Part shown: positions 47,101 to 60,440 of the stretch, one piece after another
Numbering within the stretch: position 1 is the stretch's first letter
Layout: every line of letters begins with the position of its first letter
Origin: Selaginella moellendorffii
Lineage: Eukaryota; Plantae; Lycopodiophyta
Assembly (NCBI RefSeq): GCF_000143415.4
Contig: NW_003314352.1
Location: 674,278 to 738,277, forward strand
Reading direction: 5' to 3'
Length of the DNA: 64,000 nt
Translations under genes and position numbers: made by a program
Notes under the pieces: generated by a model
Database searches by the model: none
Seen by the model: the letters and a program-made list of their open reading frames with translations, nothing else
Told to the model about the DNA's origin: nothing

Positions 47101-50100
47101 TTGTTGATTTTGCTGGTGGTAGTTTGGTTGGTGAGGAGGTGGTCTTCATTATCAATTGTTCTGGTATAATTGGTGAGAGTTGTTTTGTTAAGGAAGTAAT
47201 CTCCATTGTTGGTTGTCTCAATAAAGCTGTTGATATGGTTGTTAGTATGGTTGCTGATACTGATTATTTTAGTAGCTGTCATTGTATTGTCAATGGTATC
47301 TTAGGTTAGGATTATACATATCTTGATTTTGGTAGTTTGGCCTCCATTGTTGTTGTTGTTGTCGAGGTTGATTATAGTGTCTTATAGTTGGAGTTGGAGT
47401 TTAAAGTATGTTTTTTATTCGAGTTACTTTACCTGTTCCTTGGTATTGACAAATCTTTGTTGTATGTCCTTCTCTTTCACAGATTTGACACTTAGGAATT
47501 AATTCTATGGCAATGTGTCCTTCATTCTTGCATTTTCTACACTATACTCCCTCTTTAAGTTCGTTCTTGATTGTAACTTTCTTGAGTATTTTGGTGAGTT
47601 CTTGATTATTCTTGTCTTTCTTCTTGACTTCAAGTTTGTATTCTTCTTCATCGTCAAAAGAGTCGTTGATTTTTAATGTTTCTGCTCTTGAAATTTTTCA
47701 GAGTTATTTTTTAAGGTTTTTGATTTCTTATAGATGTCATCAATGGTGTTCGTAATATTTGGATCTTCTTCCGTGCTTCCATTATTTGCTAATAAATCTT
47801 CTTCAACCCCTATACATACTAAATGTATTTACTTTGTTCAGTGAATAGATCTTTGCAGTGCTTTATGTGATATTTGAATCTTCGAGTATAGTTTTCAATG
47901 TCTTCTTTATTGCCTTGTTTGATGCTCTTGAGGTGTTCTTGGTGTTCGACTGTTGTGCCTCTGAGTTGATATTTGTCTTTAAATTTTTTAATCTTTTCTT
48001 TGTACTTGAGTTTCTCTTCAAGGTTATAATACCATTTGAGTGTTTTGCTTTTGAGAGTGAAAGGAAAGAGAAGTGCTTCATCTGCTTATTGCTGATTAAC
48101 TTTGATGATGAGGTTGATTTGTTGGAGATGTCTTTCTACATCTTTGGTTTTACTTCCAGTGAAAATCAGGTAGATGATCATGTTGCCATACAATGTAACT
48201 GGGTTGATGAGTGCCATGTCTTTAGTGTTGCTTGGAATTTGTTCTTTAGGTGATGGTGGATATGATTGATAATTGTCCATGGTGTTTAGTGGTGGTATAT
48301 CTTTGTCTAGTTATAAATCTTTTATTATGGCTACTTTTTTTAAAAATTCCTTGTTGTGTTAAGTTGTTATAAAGTAATTGTGGCCTACCTCTACATATGT
48401 TGTATAAAATCTTGTGCATCCTCACTATGAGTGTCCATGTTCTCCAATTGATAGTGATATTTGAAAAGTCTAAGCTAAGTAGTGGTTGTATTCTAAGTGT
48501 TGTTATTTTTGAGATTGTTGTTAAAACAAGTTTCCAGATTCTTGATTCTTTTATTCTTCTATCTTTGATCACAATCTATCTATCGAGGTATGGATTCCAG
48601 TAGATTTCTTTAGCTAATAGTTGTAGTGTTTGGGGGTGTATCCAATGGTCTTTTGCCTAAGTTCCTCTTTATATTTCTTCATGTTGTAATTTGTGTATAG
48701 CTATGCCGATAAGTGTAATGTATTTATTGAAGAATTGTCATCTGATGATTTCTTTGATTTGTTATAGTACAAAAGTTGGAAGTTTTTCGTAGATTTGTTA
48801 TACTTTGTGTTGATTGTGATGTTGTTTTTCTTCTTTTTGGCAAATGTATTCTTGATCTAAGTAGATGTTAGAGATTTAGGAAAGTTCAAGGATGATTCTC
48901 CACATATAAAATTCAGTTTTGTCTTGGATTTTTATAAACTTTTTGCAGTGGATGATGATTCCAGAGTGAATTAGTGCATGTGTTTCTTTTTTTGTTGATC
49001 GTAGACTTTGTTGAAGATTCTTTCTTGAATCTTGAAAAACAAATTCTTGAGTGCCCTCAGGAGTCTTTTTGTATCCTGCAGTCAATAATGCAAAGCACTA
49101 TAGTGTTAATCTCTTTGATTCTAATGTCATTTTCTTCCAATTCGATTTTATTGCTATCTTTCTTGATTTTCTTTGATGTGTGTTATTGTGCTTCTTTGAG
49201 TATTTTTTGGACTTCTCTTGGGATTATCTCGATGATGATTAAAGTAGGATTTCGAAGTCATGATATTGGGATTTTGGTGATGATTTGGATTGTTGTGTTG
49301 GTGATTTCTAAAAGTCAGATTTTAACTCTTTGAGTCAATTTTTGATTTTTGAGTTCTTTGAGTTTATGGAAGAATTTAATTTTGTTGGTGAGGCAATTTA
49401 ATTGGTCTTTGTTCCTTTATTTGTTATTGATGAAGCTATAATGTTTACAAATGTAAAGGAAGATAGTGGTGAGGTTTTTTGTTTATTGCTTCCTTCACTA
49501 TCGTAAACTTTATTGACTCTCAATAAAACATTCCTGAGTGTTAGGAAAACTTTCTTGAATCTCGTAGTTTTGAGTGTTTTTGAATATCGGTTGTAACTAC
49601 ATCAATTTCAGTGGAGACTTGCATACTGGTTTTCTACCATCTTTAATCGAATTAGGTAGTTCTTTTTTTGTTGGATTTCATTAAGATCTTCATGATTTCA
49701 CTATCTTCATATCTTTTTCTCCTCTTTAGTGTGTTTCTTCACATTTCCTGCATAGATTTTAGATCTTCTTATGATGTTTCCTATCCCACCGTGGTCATTA
49801 GTGAAAACTAGGGGAGTTGTAGTGAAGTTATGCTGCAATTTTGTTGCAAATGCAAAAGAAAATTTAGTGAAGAGTTAACTATGATAGTTTACTGCTGTGG
49901 TTGCAGAGAGTTAGAGGGCTTTTGTTGTCATTGATCTTGTGTTGGCACAATAATTTTTTCTCTAGAACAAGCTACTGAACACATGAGTTAATTAAAAATT
50001 AACTTGAGATCTTTGATCCCCAAGAAGGTTTATGTAAGTGGTTGTGAGTAAGGATAGACTTGACATCACTAGAATACTCCAAGTTTTGAGTAAATAGATA

Positions 50101-50459
50101 TGCATTGATGATAGGCTAGAATTCAATAGACATAGGGATAAAAGTTGAGTGCTAACTCCCCCCCTTAACTACTCTTATATGGTGGCTATCGCCACTTTTT
50201 CATGAGTCTTGGTAATCTTGAGTGTTAAAGTTGTAATCTTAATTATCAAGAAAATGGTCAAATGCATGGTTAATCTGCTGTGCTTCACTACATGTAGCAT
50301 ATACTATTTCTCTTTCCTTAAGCTAACTAAAATAGGGGCAATTTCTTAACAAGAGAGCCTTTAATGGCTATTTTATCCTTATTTATCAACTAAAGTTTCA
50401 AAGATCTATGGTGACAGTATATCTAAATCTCATCCTATAATCATATATACTACAAAGTG

Positions 50460-51630
50460 GTATTGAAGATATGGTGAATGAAATGGGAACACCCAATCTT
50501 AATTACTATACACTAGTTTATTCACACTACCAAGTGTGGGAGATGCTCCCAAAGTTGTGGTCAACAACTCAAAGGTCTTATAGACTTAGTATCTATTAAT
50601 AAACTTATTAAAATGTCTATATAGAAGCCTTAGAGGATTCTATGGATGATAATCAATGATAAACTATTTGGTGGGTTAAGGAATGGTGTTCCTAGTTCAA
50701 AGTAGTGATTTGAACAAATGATATAGTGTGATTTGGTCAAGATGACCAAGTGGGAAGGACATTTAGGGGAAATAAATTGTGACAATACAATAGTGTGGTG
50801 AGTCCAAGAAAATAATCTGTAAAAAGATCCCATATGAGGGTTGCAAAGTTGGGCTATGAATAAAGCCCATAGTAGAAAATGCTAAAGAGACTTACTAAGG
50901 GTGAACATCCTCTAAACTTGGCAAAACAAAGGTTTTGCTATAGAATTGAAAGGATACCTTGAGGATGTATTATTTGGTGTAACAATCAAATTATAAGAAC
51001 AAAAAACTAATGGCTAAGAATGGGCTATAAAAATCATTGGAAAGAATCCAAATGACAGATGATACAAGGAACCAAGGATGAATTTCCCTAATGATTGAAT
51101 GTAGTAAAGGTGAAAGCTTCAAGAGATGGAGTGGCAAGGTAGCCAAATAATAGAGCCATAGATAGACTTAGCACAAAATTATAGATAAATATAACTTAAT
51201 GCCTAGAGTGCCATGAAATAAAAGAGAGGATGACTCTTAAGTAAAGGATTTTTTATGATAGGGAGATGGAGTTTGCACAACATGTGCAATGTAAAGTATA
51301 AGAGACACCTCAGTGTTCAAAAGTATGATGGTTATGTTGATAGAAGTTAAAACTACTTCGGATTAAATAGTAAAATTGAGATAAAGATGTCTCTAATAGA
51401 TTTAACAAGAACTAAATAAACAAAGAGAACCACCATATATAATCTAATGAGACTCTAAGTTGAAGGGACTATGCTCTTTAGAGGATGGGCAAGATTTTGT
51501 GCTTTTAGTGTTAAACCATTGACGAATATTGGTTTGGTGGTAAGAATGAAAATGGTAATCTATGATGGGGTTACTTTATAAAATAGTTTATCATTCAATA
51601 AGGACATCCAACTTCATCTATAGGTGGTGG
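50460..51630 (-). mobile_element. Very decayed gypsy integrase-like remnant
   Basis: Faint motifs only (..TDYFLGL.., LTKSHYI, WEHLP). Confidence 0.35.
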
Positions 51631-51633
51631 AGT

Positions 51634-51945
51634 TATGAGACACAAAGCTTTAAGCCCCAAAGTGGAGCTGAAAGGGTGCCACAAGGTAATGATCGAAATG
51701 GAAGTCTAACAAGCATAATATGTTTAGACTCATAAAAGTTCCAACTCTGAAAGTCAAGAGTGGGAGTGGAACTTTGAACAGAGTGTTTGAGGAATGAGCA
51801 CGAAACAATTGGTGAATGAGTCTTTAAAAAGGGACACAAGAAGGATTAACATATAACAAGTGTTGTAACATATGAAAGTATTAGGACTGAGTCCGAGAAG
51901 GAGTCTGATATGGAGTCCAAGAAGGAGTTTGAAATAGAGTCCAAT
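51634..51945. mobile_element. Truncated, decayed family-A LTR end
   Basis: Homologous to 56678-57000. Confidence 0.75.
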
Positions 51946-52213
51946 GTAGTGTATGTGGTTTTCACCCTTTATACTATGATTATTTACCATAGGATAGCCA
52001 TGTAGCAGAACCTAAACCCTTCATATGCCATGTGCCACATGCCGTGTGTCCAAGGACAGTAGAGTGGAATTTAAGTTTCAAAGCTTTGGGCCACTTAATG
52101 AAGGAATGAAGCCAAACCCCTAAGGTTGCAGCCAAAGCGCAAAGGAACTGAAGCACGGAATGACTCTTGAGCATTCAATCCAAGGAGTGAAGAAATAAGA
52201 GCACGGAGCGACA

Positions 52214-53357
52214 TGTAAGCCATAAATTTTTCCTTCTCAATTTGCCAGTTTACTATCCGACCAACACTACCTTGGCTTGTGCTAAGTTCCCTCGCCAAGG
52301 TTCTCGCCTATGGTACTAGCTCCTACTTGGTCCTACTTGGTTTCACTTACTCACTTCACAAGCAACGGAGTGTTAGCCATCCATCTACGGATTCCCAAAT
52401 CTCTCCCAATCCCCCTCCCCGGGTTAGACTGGACTTAAGGTTTGGCTACACCCCCCGCAGGCACAAGCAGCCAAGCACACCAAGCCTCCAGGTTCCTAAC
52501 ACCCCTAGGTACAACAAGACTTGATCATGGGACCCTCTAAATCCCAAGCCTTGGGTGCAGCACTTGCTTCAGGACGTCGGGGCGAAACACCATGGCCTAA
52601 CGGCCCGGTATGGGTACCTCTACCCCCCCCCCACTTCCATCCCGAAGGGAAGGCCCAAGCCCCTAGGGAGGGCAAGGACCAATGAGCCCCAAGGTACTCA
52701 AGTGGGGCACCACTCCACATGAGCCGGGAGCACCGCAGTCGGTTTCCCTTTCGGGAGTGGGAGCTGCTCTTGAGCACTTCCCTAGGGGGCCCCTCCGGCA
52801 CCACCCAAGCCCATGCTCACTCCCACCCAAGGCCCCTGGGCCCCAGTTTCAACCTCAAGTCGGTTTGGAAGCCCCATTGGAGAGTTCCTTCAAGACGGGT
52901 TCCGGGACCTCACTATCCCTACTATACTTTGGGAACCCCCTGCAGCCCCCCCCCCCCGGGAGACGCACGCTTTGGGCTTTCACCCCTTGACCCGTATTAG
53001 TATTTGGACTTAGTCTCAGATTCGATCTCGGACTCGATCTCAGACCCGACTTCGGACTCGGTCTCGGACTCGATCTCGGACTCGATCTCGGACCCGATCT
53101 AGGACTCGACTTCGGACTCGACCTCGGACTCGGTCTCGGACCCGATTTGGATCTCGGACTCGGTCTCAAACTCGGTCTCGAACTCGGTCTCCGATTTGGC
53201 CTCGGACTCGATCCCAGACTCTATCTCGAACTCGGTCTCCGAATTGGTCTTGGACTCGATCTTCGACTCGGTCCCATCCGATGAACTCTTTATCATTTCG
53301 GTCATGTTTTTTGGGGATCCTTTAGCCTATGACGCTTTGGGGAGTCGGTTCCTTACA
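52214..53357 (-). mobile_element. Family-B solo LTR (1144 bp), inverted relative to 22600-23728
   Basis: TG..CA termini, TSD CGACA, hexamer array at ~53010-53275. Confidence 0.88.
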
Positions 53358-54199
53358 CGACATAGATACAGTCCTAGAGCATCCAACATCTCAATGTGGG
53401 GTTGGATAGTTTTTGAGCTAAGCTCAAGTTAATGAAAGTCAATATAGTCCACCAAATACAAAAGTTGATGTTTAAATGATTGGTTTGGGATGAACCAACA
53501 ATTCTATTCAAAACTTAAGACATATTTTCAGTCCAAGAAAAAGCTAAATAATATAAGTCTAATAAGAAAATAAATATCATAAGTCAAAGAAGAAACTCTA
53601 TATTACCACTAAAAAATTTGACTAAAAGAAAAACTAAACTTAGTCTTCTTCGGCATCCACATCCACAAAAGGAGGAGTTCATATAGTATTATGCTCTCTA
53701 ACTATGGCTCTTGTTGTATATAAGCTTGTGCCATTGCTTTTACATAACATGGCAAATTATAACCCACGTCATCGATCCACCTAATATACACAACCATGAT
53801 AGAATTACTATAATGAGAAATTTATACTTTATTATCACCTATTATGAAATGTCCCAAGAACTCCTTCAAATGCACTCTCCTTCTCTAGTGCAAAAATTAC
53901 ACATCCAGTCTCTTTAGTTGCTAGCACCATTAAACCAAAACCTGCTGTAGCATCAAGCACAATCCCTTTAGGAGGACAAAACAACTTTAGGAGGATTTGC
54001 ATGGCCTTTAGTGAATGGTGTCAATAGCCAGGGAACTCCATATGATGGTCCTCGTGACATTTGGGATGATATCTGTTGAGCTGTCATATCTTGGCAATGC
54101 CAAACCTACACGCTCATAAGCTCGTGTAATATTGTGATGGCAAGAGTAGGGGCAGAGAGCATGGTAGTTCCATGCTAAAACCTACAATGAAAAGAGGCA

Positions 54200-55900
54200 A
54201 TCAATTTAAGATAAGAAAAATAACGAAATGCAAACCTTTTGGATTCGGCCACTTGCTCCTTTTATTTCGACCGGGATGTTTGAGAGTAGGCAACCTGATG
54301 CAAACTTAACCAATCTAGAGTCATCATTCTTCGCCATCGTTGCAAGAAGACCCCCCCAAAATAAAGAATGGGGAAGAATGACTAGTATAATGCCCTCATA
54401 TCGCAACACCTTGGATGCCACATCCACTACTTGAGAAATATGGTCGGTTGAATGATGTTCCAAGATGGAGTGTCGCCTTGTAAAGGTGGTAATCCATCAG
54501 GCAAGTTGAAGAACGCGAGGTCGATGCCAAAAGTATTGTTCATTCCAAATCTTTACATCCATCAATGGAACATAGAAGACTCTTGGCTCACATTGTTAGA
54601 AAGTTGAAAATAGTCCTTAATAACTATTTCCACGTTGCCAACACTTCCCATAGGAAAAAGAGGGCAAACCTAAATAGTGTTCAAAACTGAGAAATATTAA
54701 AGTTAGTACATGTTTTTTTTCATACTTGTTTATGTGAAGCTGATGAAGATAACTCTTGGAGGTCATCCTTTGTAGTAGTGGGGAGGGATGGAAAGAACGC
54801 ATTTGTATGTCGGCGTATAGAGTGCTAGCTGGTTTCTCTGACATCTACAACCAAATTAAAATAAGCAAAGTCATTGGAAATCAAGTTTTTACTCTCTTGG
54901 ACATCCTCACTATGGAGCTGCCTTCGTACATTTCGAGCAGTCGAGGCTGGATGAGCAGCAATAGTAGGATCTGGGGAATGAGCAAGTGTTGTAGGATGAG
55001 ATGAGGCAGGAGAGTTTTCAGCCGGGTTCTCCACTTATTCGTCTTTGGTTTGCTCAATATGAATCTTGTCTCTGTCCTGAGGCATCTCCACTCCCTCCAA
55101 AAGTGCCTCTATAATAAAGTAGAAACATAAGTTACTGCTATGAAGTTTTACTCATCAAACCTAGATGACACTCAAGGTAGAGATCAAGCTCAAAATGTGA
55201 TGATGGCATTTGCCTCCACAACTCCAAGTACCATGGACACAGTTCTCTCTCCCGCATAGTGGGATAGTGGAACTTTAGCTCATACATGCCAAGTTTCTTC
55301 CCACCAGTTAAGAGCTTGAGAAAAACACTTGCTGTGTACACTGGAGCGCTTGAGCAATGATTTAAATACCTACAAAAGACCCATGATTAAATAAGCAAGT
55401 CAAGTTCTTGCAATATACCTATACGCCATGCAGCACTAGAAAAATAGTTGGCCCAACTGGTTCTTGAAATCTATGGAGCTTGAGCTGCCATCAAGAAGCC
55501 ATCCATCCCCAAGCTCTTGAAGGGAAGCTCAGACATATTTTGGAAGTGTTATCTCGGTGTGGGCACTAGTAAGGAACTTCGTATCCCATGCTTGAAATAG
55601 CTCCTCATCAACCGCAATACTTTGAGTGATATAGAGCTTTTCCTTCATCACATTCTCAAGTTTGCTCTCCAACCTCTTATCATTGTTACGATGCCAAGGG
55701 TTGAAGAGCTCCAAGCAAGAGGTTTGTTTGTTGAAGGAGAGTTTGCTTTTTGCGATGTTATAGATCAATTCTTCATGTGCTTTACCATTTTCTACAAGGA
55801 CAAGGATTTCAAAGTGGAATGAAAAAGATAAAAGGGACTAATTTACTGCCACAAGAGCATATCTTTACAATGCAATCCAGCCAATCTTTATCGCGTTGTT
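54200..55900 (-). pseudogene. Possible intron-containing gene remnant of unknown family
   Basis: Short minus-strand protein-like ORFs separated by ~50-60 bp GT..AG-like segments; in-frame stops; no recognisable domain. Confidence 0.3.
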
Positions 55901-56677
55901 GCGAATCTAACTTTGGGTATCGAAAGTTACCTGTCGGCCAGTCCTTACGGACACTATTTCCTTACTAGCACGATGGCAGGAGGTCGGTATTGCTAGACCC
56001 TTTATCAGTCCCTCTTATGCTAGTGGAGTTAACTGGGCATTTCGAGTGTGCTTAGACCAGATGAGCATAAGGACAAAATTCCTATGTGCTATTAGCTAAG
56101 TATACGTAGCCTGGTAAGGAGTTCCCGTCTTGTTATGTCTTACACTGGCTAGTGACAAGAACCCTCGCATATTGAGATTAATCCCTCAATATTGCTGGAT
56201 GATAGCTTACCGTTTCTGCCAAACACCCTCGCTATCATGCTCTTTGTGTTAGTCTTATTTCGGTCCTAAATGCTATTTATGGAAAGTGTCTAGATTTGCT
56301 CATTTGGCATATCTACAGAATGTAAAGATTGACTTGAACACAATGGTGTTCGTCCCATATCAAAATTTGCAATCTAGAGACATTTCATATTTAGTAAGTT
56401 TTGAGCTTGCCCCAAAGACTAACTCCTAGTACTAAGGGAGGTTTAGGGTGAAAGCCCAAAGCATGTGTTCCTCAAAGGGGAGCGGGGGGGTTGCTATAGG
56501 GGGTTCTAAATGTATAGGGATAGTGGGTAGGTTGGGCGTGGCTGACCAACTTGAGGCATAGTCTAACTCCCATTTGCATGCCTATCCTTGTTCTGCATCT
56601 AGCTTGCGTCTAAGCCCAAGTTCCACACCATGCTAGTTGGTCGAGTACCCATATCCTTGCATTAGGCCACCGGTATG

Positions 56678-58203
56678 TGTGAGACACAAAATCCCTAGGC
56701 CCCAAAGTGGAGCAGGAAAGGGTGCCACGTGGTAGTGGCCGAAAGCCAAACGAGTGTACACGTTTGGACTAAAAGCTCTGACTTGGAAGGTCGAGAGCGG
56801 GAGTGGAACTCCCAACAAAGTGCTCAAGGAGCGAGCACAAAGCGAGCAATAAGCAAGGCTCCAAAAAGGGACCCAAAAAGGACCAACACATGACACGTGG
56901 AAGTGTTCGAGATGGAGTCCAAGACGGAGTCCGAGATGGACCCGAGATGGACCGAGGCGGAGTCCGAGATGGAGTCCGAGATGGATTGAGACAGAGCCCG
57001 AGATGGAGTCTGAGATGGAGTCCGAGAAGGACCCGAGATGGAGTCCAAGGTCGAGACCGAGACCGGGACCGAGACCGAGACCGAGACCGAGACCGGGACC
57101 GAGACCAGGACCGAGACCGGGACCGAGACCGAGACTGAGGCCAAGGCTGAGACCGAGCCCAAGCCCGAGTCCGAGTCCGAGTCCGAGTCCGAGTTCGAGT
57201 CTGAGAGGGTGAAAGCCCAAAGCATTCGTCTCCCAGACCCTGGGGGGTTTGGTGAGCTCCAAAAGTATAGTAAGGGGGAGGACTGCAATGGAGCCAGTTT
57301 GGCCAGAAAAGGCCAGTTTGGCCCAGGAAGGCCAGACCCAGTGTTGGGTGATGAACTGACCACTGGGAAGTCCAAGACTAGAGTGAATACGGACTGACAA
57401 GCGGGGTAGCTTGGTGAAGTGTTCAAGAGCCGGCTCTAGTTCCCCCGGGAGATAGGCTGGCCGATGCTCCCAGTCCAAGTGTGGGTGGCACTACCTACTT
57501 GGATACCAGGCGTGGCTCAACGGAACCTCGCTCTAAGCCCATGGCTAGAGCACCTAAAGGCGAAAGGTGGGGAGAGTACCCAGGTGGCTCGCGTAAGGCC
57601 ACGGTGTTCCGAAATGTTGTCCTAAAGGCCCAGACTGTGGAAAGGAAGAGGAGCAGTCCTTTGGGGTAGTGACCAAGGACACAGTCGTGTGGTGAGGAAG
57701 TCCCAGAGGACCGTGGGATTTAGTGGTCGGGCCTATGGGCCTTGATTGAGTGGCAGTTTTGGCGAACATGGCCATAGACAAAAAAGGGACTTGGTAGGAA
57801 CTAACAAAGGGATATTGGGGAAGGCTATTCCCCATGTCTATGGGCATCCTAAGGATGCTAAAGAGTGGATCTGGGTTGACCACTCGTGGGCGGATGGCCC
57901 AGTCTTAGAGAGACGGGATTGTGATGCAAGTGGTATTGGACCACTAGTGCGGCAAAGGTGAATGGGCATAGCCTTAGCGTAACAGGCCGATATGTCAGTG
58001 GTGCCCTTGGGTGTCGGTCTTGGGACCGGACACATGGAGCACTTGGACCAAGTGCAAGCGATGAGTGGCATGGGGGCCATTCTTGGGGCTAGCAAGTCCC
58101 CAAGTTCAGAATGGGACTTATGGAGGTTGTGAGTGAGACTCCTCCAAGCGGTCGAAGGTGTGGTTAAGTGACTAAAGTAGAATGGAAAAATTAGTCACTT
58201 ACA
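56678..58203. mobile_element. Family-A solo LTR (1526 bp) with GAGWCC hexamer array (~56908-57205)
   Basis: TGTGAG..CTTACA termini, TSD GTATG, CpG-rich (young). Confidence 0.88.
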
Positions 58204-58209
58204 GTATGT

Positions 58210-60376
58210 TAAAATAGCACTAAACTCCATTTGGCTCCATTTTGCGTGCTAGTCTTGGCATTGGGATGTTGGTTGCTCTAGGACTGATCCAAGTTGTTTT
58301 GTGCTCCTGTCCCTTCACTCCTTAGGCTATACGCTCAGATTGCGAACATATGTGGCTGTATTAATTGCCTCGGCCCAGAACGATAGTGGCATTCCTGCGT
58401 GAATAAGCATGCTACGTGCACTCTCCATAAGAGTCCGGTTCATTCTTTCAGCAACTCCATTTTGAGTAGGACTATCTAGAGCTGTAAACTGCTGCAGGAT
58501 ACCACTCTCATTGCATAGCTTTATAAAATTTCGTGACTTGTACTCGCCACCTCTGTCACTGCATAAAGTCTTGAGCTGCTTGCCAAGAAGATTTTCAGCA
58601 GAAGCCTTGTAAACTTTAAAGTGATCAAGAACTTCAGATTTCTTGGCCAAAAGTCTCAAGATTGTGAAGCGTGAGTAGTCATCGATGAATGTCAAAAAAT
58701 ACCTCATTCCACGATGACTTTGGACATGGAGAGGCCCACACACATCTGTGTGAACGAGCTCAAGAGGCTGACTGCTCTTGGATTCTGAAAACTTTGGAAA
58801 TGATGTGCGTGCTTGTTTTCCTAGCACACAAGCCTCACAAAATTCAAGCTTGCTTGTAAACTCGAATTCTTGTGCATGTGCTTGATCTCTGGACACTGCT
58901 TTGAGGGCGTCTTCATGCACATGGCCTAGACGCTCATGCCACAACTGGAGATTACTCACTCGAGTTGAGAGCGCTTGATCTGGCTGCTTATCTGGAACAA
59001 CCATGGTGGCGTCAAGTTTATAAAGTCCAGAATAGCGTTGTCCATAAGCCACTGCTTGATCTGTCTTCTCATCTCACATAATAGCCTACTTGGCATTAAA
59101 AATAAAGTAGAAACCATTGTCAGAAGCTGCACCGATTGAGAAAAGATGATATGCCAAGCCTGGAACAAAATACATGTTCCTGATATCTTGTAGCTCTCCT
59201 GAGGCCAACTTTACTTGAACTGTGCCCACTGCTACAACTGAAAGAAGACTCTTGTCTCCTAAACCAACCTGCATGCCTGTAGAAATTTTCCTGAGATTCA
59301 GGAAAGCTTTTTGCCTGCCTATCATGTGCATATTTGCTGCTGTGTCTAGTCAGATTACGTCTTGATCCTGCTGCTGAATAAACACAGGTTCTGGAATAGC
59401 TCTTACCATGAGAGCTCTTGACTAGTTTGTATAGCCAGTCCTAGTGTTCTTTCTCCCCAATCCTCGAGGATGCCCTGCTAATCTGTCTCGGCATTCTCTG
59501 GCGTAGTGTCCAACTTGCTTACAATAATTGCACTCACCTTTATGCTCGTGTGAGTTGCTATCTCCAGCATTGCTAGCCCTGAAACTGCTTGCAATGTTGC
59601 TCGCACCAGCCTTGAAACTGCTAGCGCTGCCTCCTTTACTTGGAGAATTCTTTGTTTGCTTGATCCCAAGTCTGCTCGATCTCGGGAGTAACCATGTCTA
59701 TGCAATTTGTTCCGGGGAATGATGATGACACAATAAATGATCCAGTAGTGTGCCTGAATCCAACCTCTGTGAAAAAGGTATAAATAGCCATGTTGAGGTC
59801 ATAGGTTGAGTGTACCCAGTGACTTTGCTTAAGACGGCAAAGTGGAATCTGAAGATGTTGGGATCCTTTCCAAGCCATTTCACCTAACACCCTACTGATA
59901 GTTCATTCATTAGCCTAGACAATAGTCTCACATACTCACTCATTCAAGATTGTGTCAGCTTCTAGCATTGTTACCACCTCATTTCTGTGACCTTCAGGAG
60001 CAACAGCATGTCTGCCATTTCCACCACCAAGATCTGCCCCACCACCTATAGCACTAGGTGCCTCATTTCTGCCACCAAGTTCTGCCCCACCACCTATAGC
60101 ACTACCACTAGCAGCTTCTCCTATGCTATATATAGGTTTTGCATTTCCACGCTCTCTAGAACCATCTAGCTCTTGCATGCTAACACTTGGATCAGGATCA
60201 ACCATTACTTGGATCTGGACACCACTGCTCCCACTATGGTCTTCCTCTGAAGTAGCGCTTTGAACTTGTGAGGTGTCCCTAATGAATCTAGCACAACGAC
60301 TTAGTCGTTTTCTTGGAGAATGGGTCCATTGAGGTTAACTAGCATGCTTCTTCTATTGTGGTATGATTTATATGTC
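58210..60376 (-). mobile_element. Ty1/copia-type fragment: Zn knuckle, protease, GAG-pre-integrase, integrase core; RT/RH and LTRs not seen
   Basis: CNYCKQVGHYAREC; LDTAANMHM; LWHERLGH..CEACVLGKQ; LVHTDVCGP; FIDDYSR; SDRGGEY; QNGVAERMNRTL. Confidence 0.88.
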
Positions 60377-60440
60377 TGCATGAAAATGACAAATAAACTT
60401 GAGTAAAGATTAAAAAAAAGTTTTGAAGAAGAAAAGAAGT

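Larger units (their letters stand above)
42046..50287 (-). mobile_element. Decayed full-length Ty3/gypsy (Athila/Tat-like RT) LTR retrotransposon
   Basis: LTRs 49802-50287 (5') and 42046-42534 (3'), TSD CTACA, degenerate tRNA-Arg-like PBS (..GACCACGGTGGGA). CRKCKNEGHIA knuckle; IIDGGANVNII protease; YRVNP..VKEELDKL..VPKKSGTLRVCINYKKLN and HEMYSFLDSFSGY RT. Confidence 0.88.
32562..50454 (-). mobile_element. Old, highly decayed family-C gypsy-like host element: 5' LTR 50293-50454, PBS 42032-42043, residual internal sequence 41240-42030 and 32562-34067, split by younger insertions
   Basis: Removing 42046-50287 rejoins GCTCTGATA-CTACA to the TGTAGC LTR, matching the PBS/LTR junction at 24190-24210. 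Only faint gag and RT traces remain. Confidence 0.55.

Noticed and set aside
46950-49333. Hydrophobic plus-strand ORFs suggesting membrane or env-like proteins
   Set aside because: They are antisense to the A-rich decayed gag region of the minus-strand gypsy; the T-rich bias produces F/L/I/V runs.
24204-50454. LTRs at 24204 and 50293 as the two ends of a single element
   Set aside because: Both have a PBS on their left side, and the 24204 copy has no PPT on its right, so they look like 5' LTRs of two separate copies.
56633-57478. SD/RD/PR/LG-repeat proteins (also 22553-22954 and 52855-53432)
   Set aside because: Open frames on both strands arise from the GAGWCC hexamer satellite inside solo LTRs.
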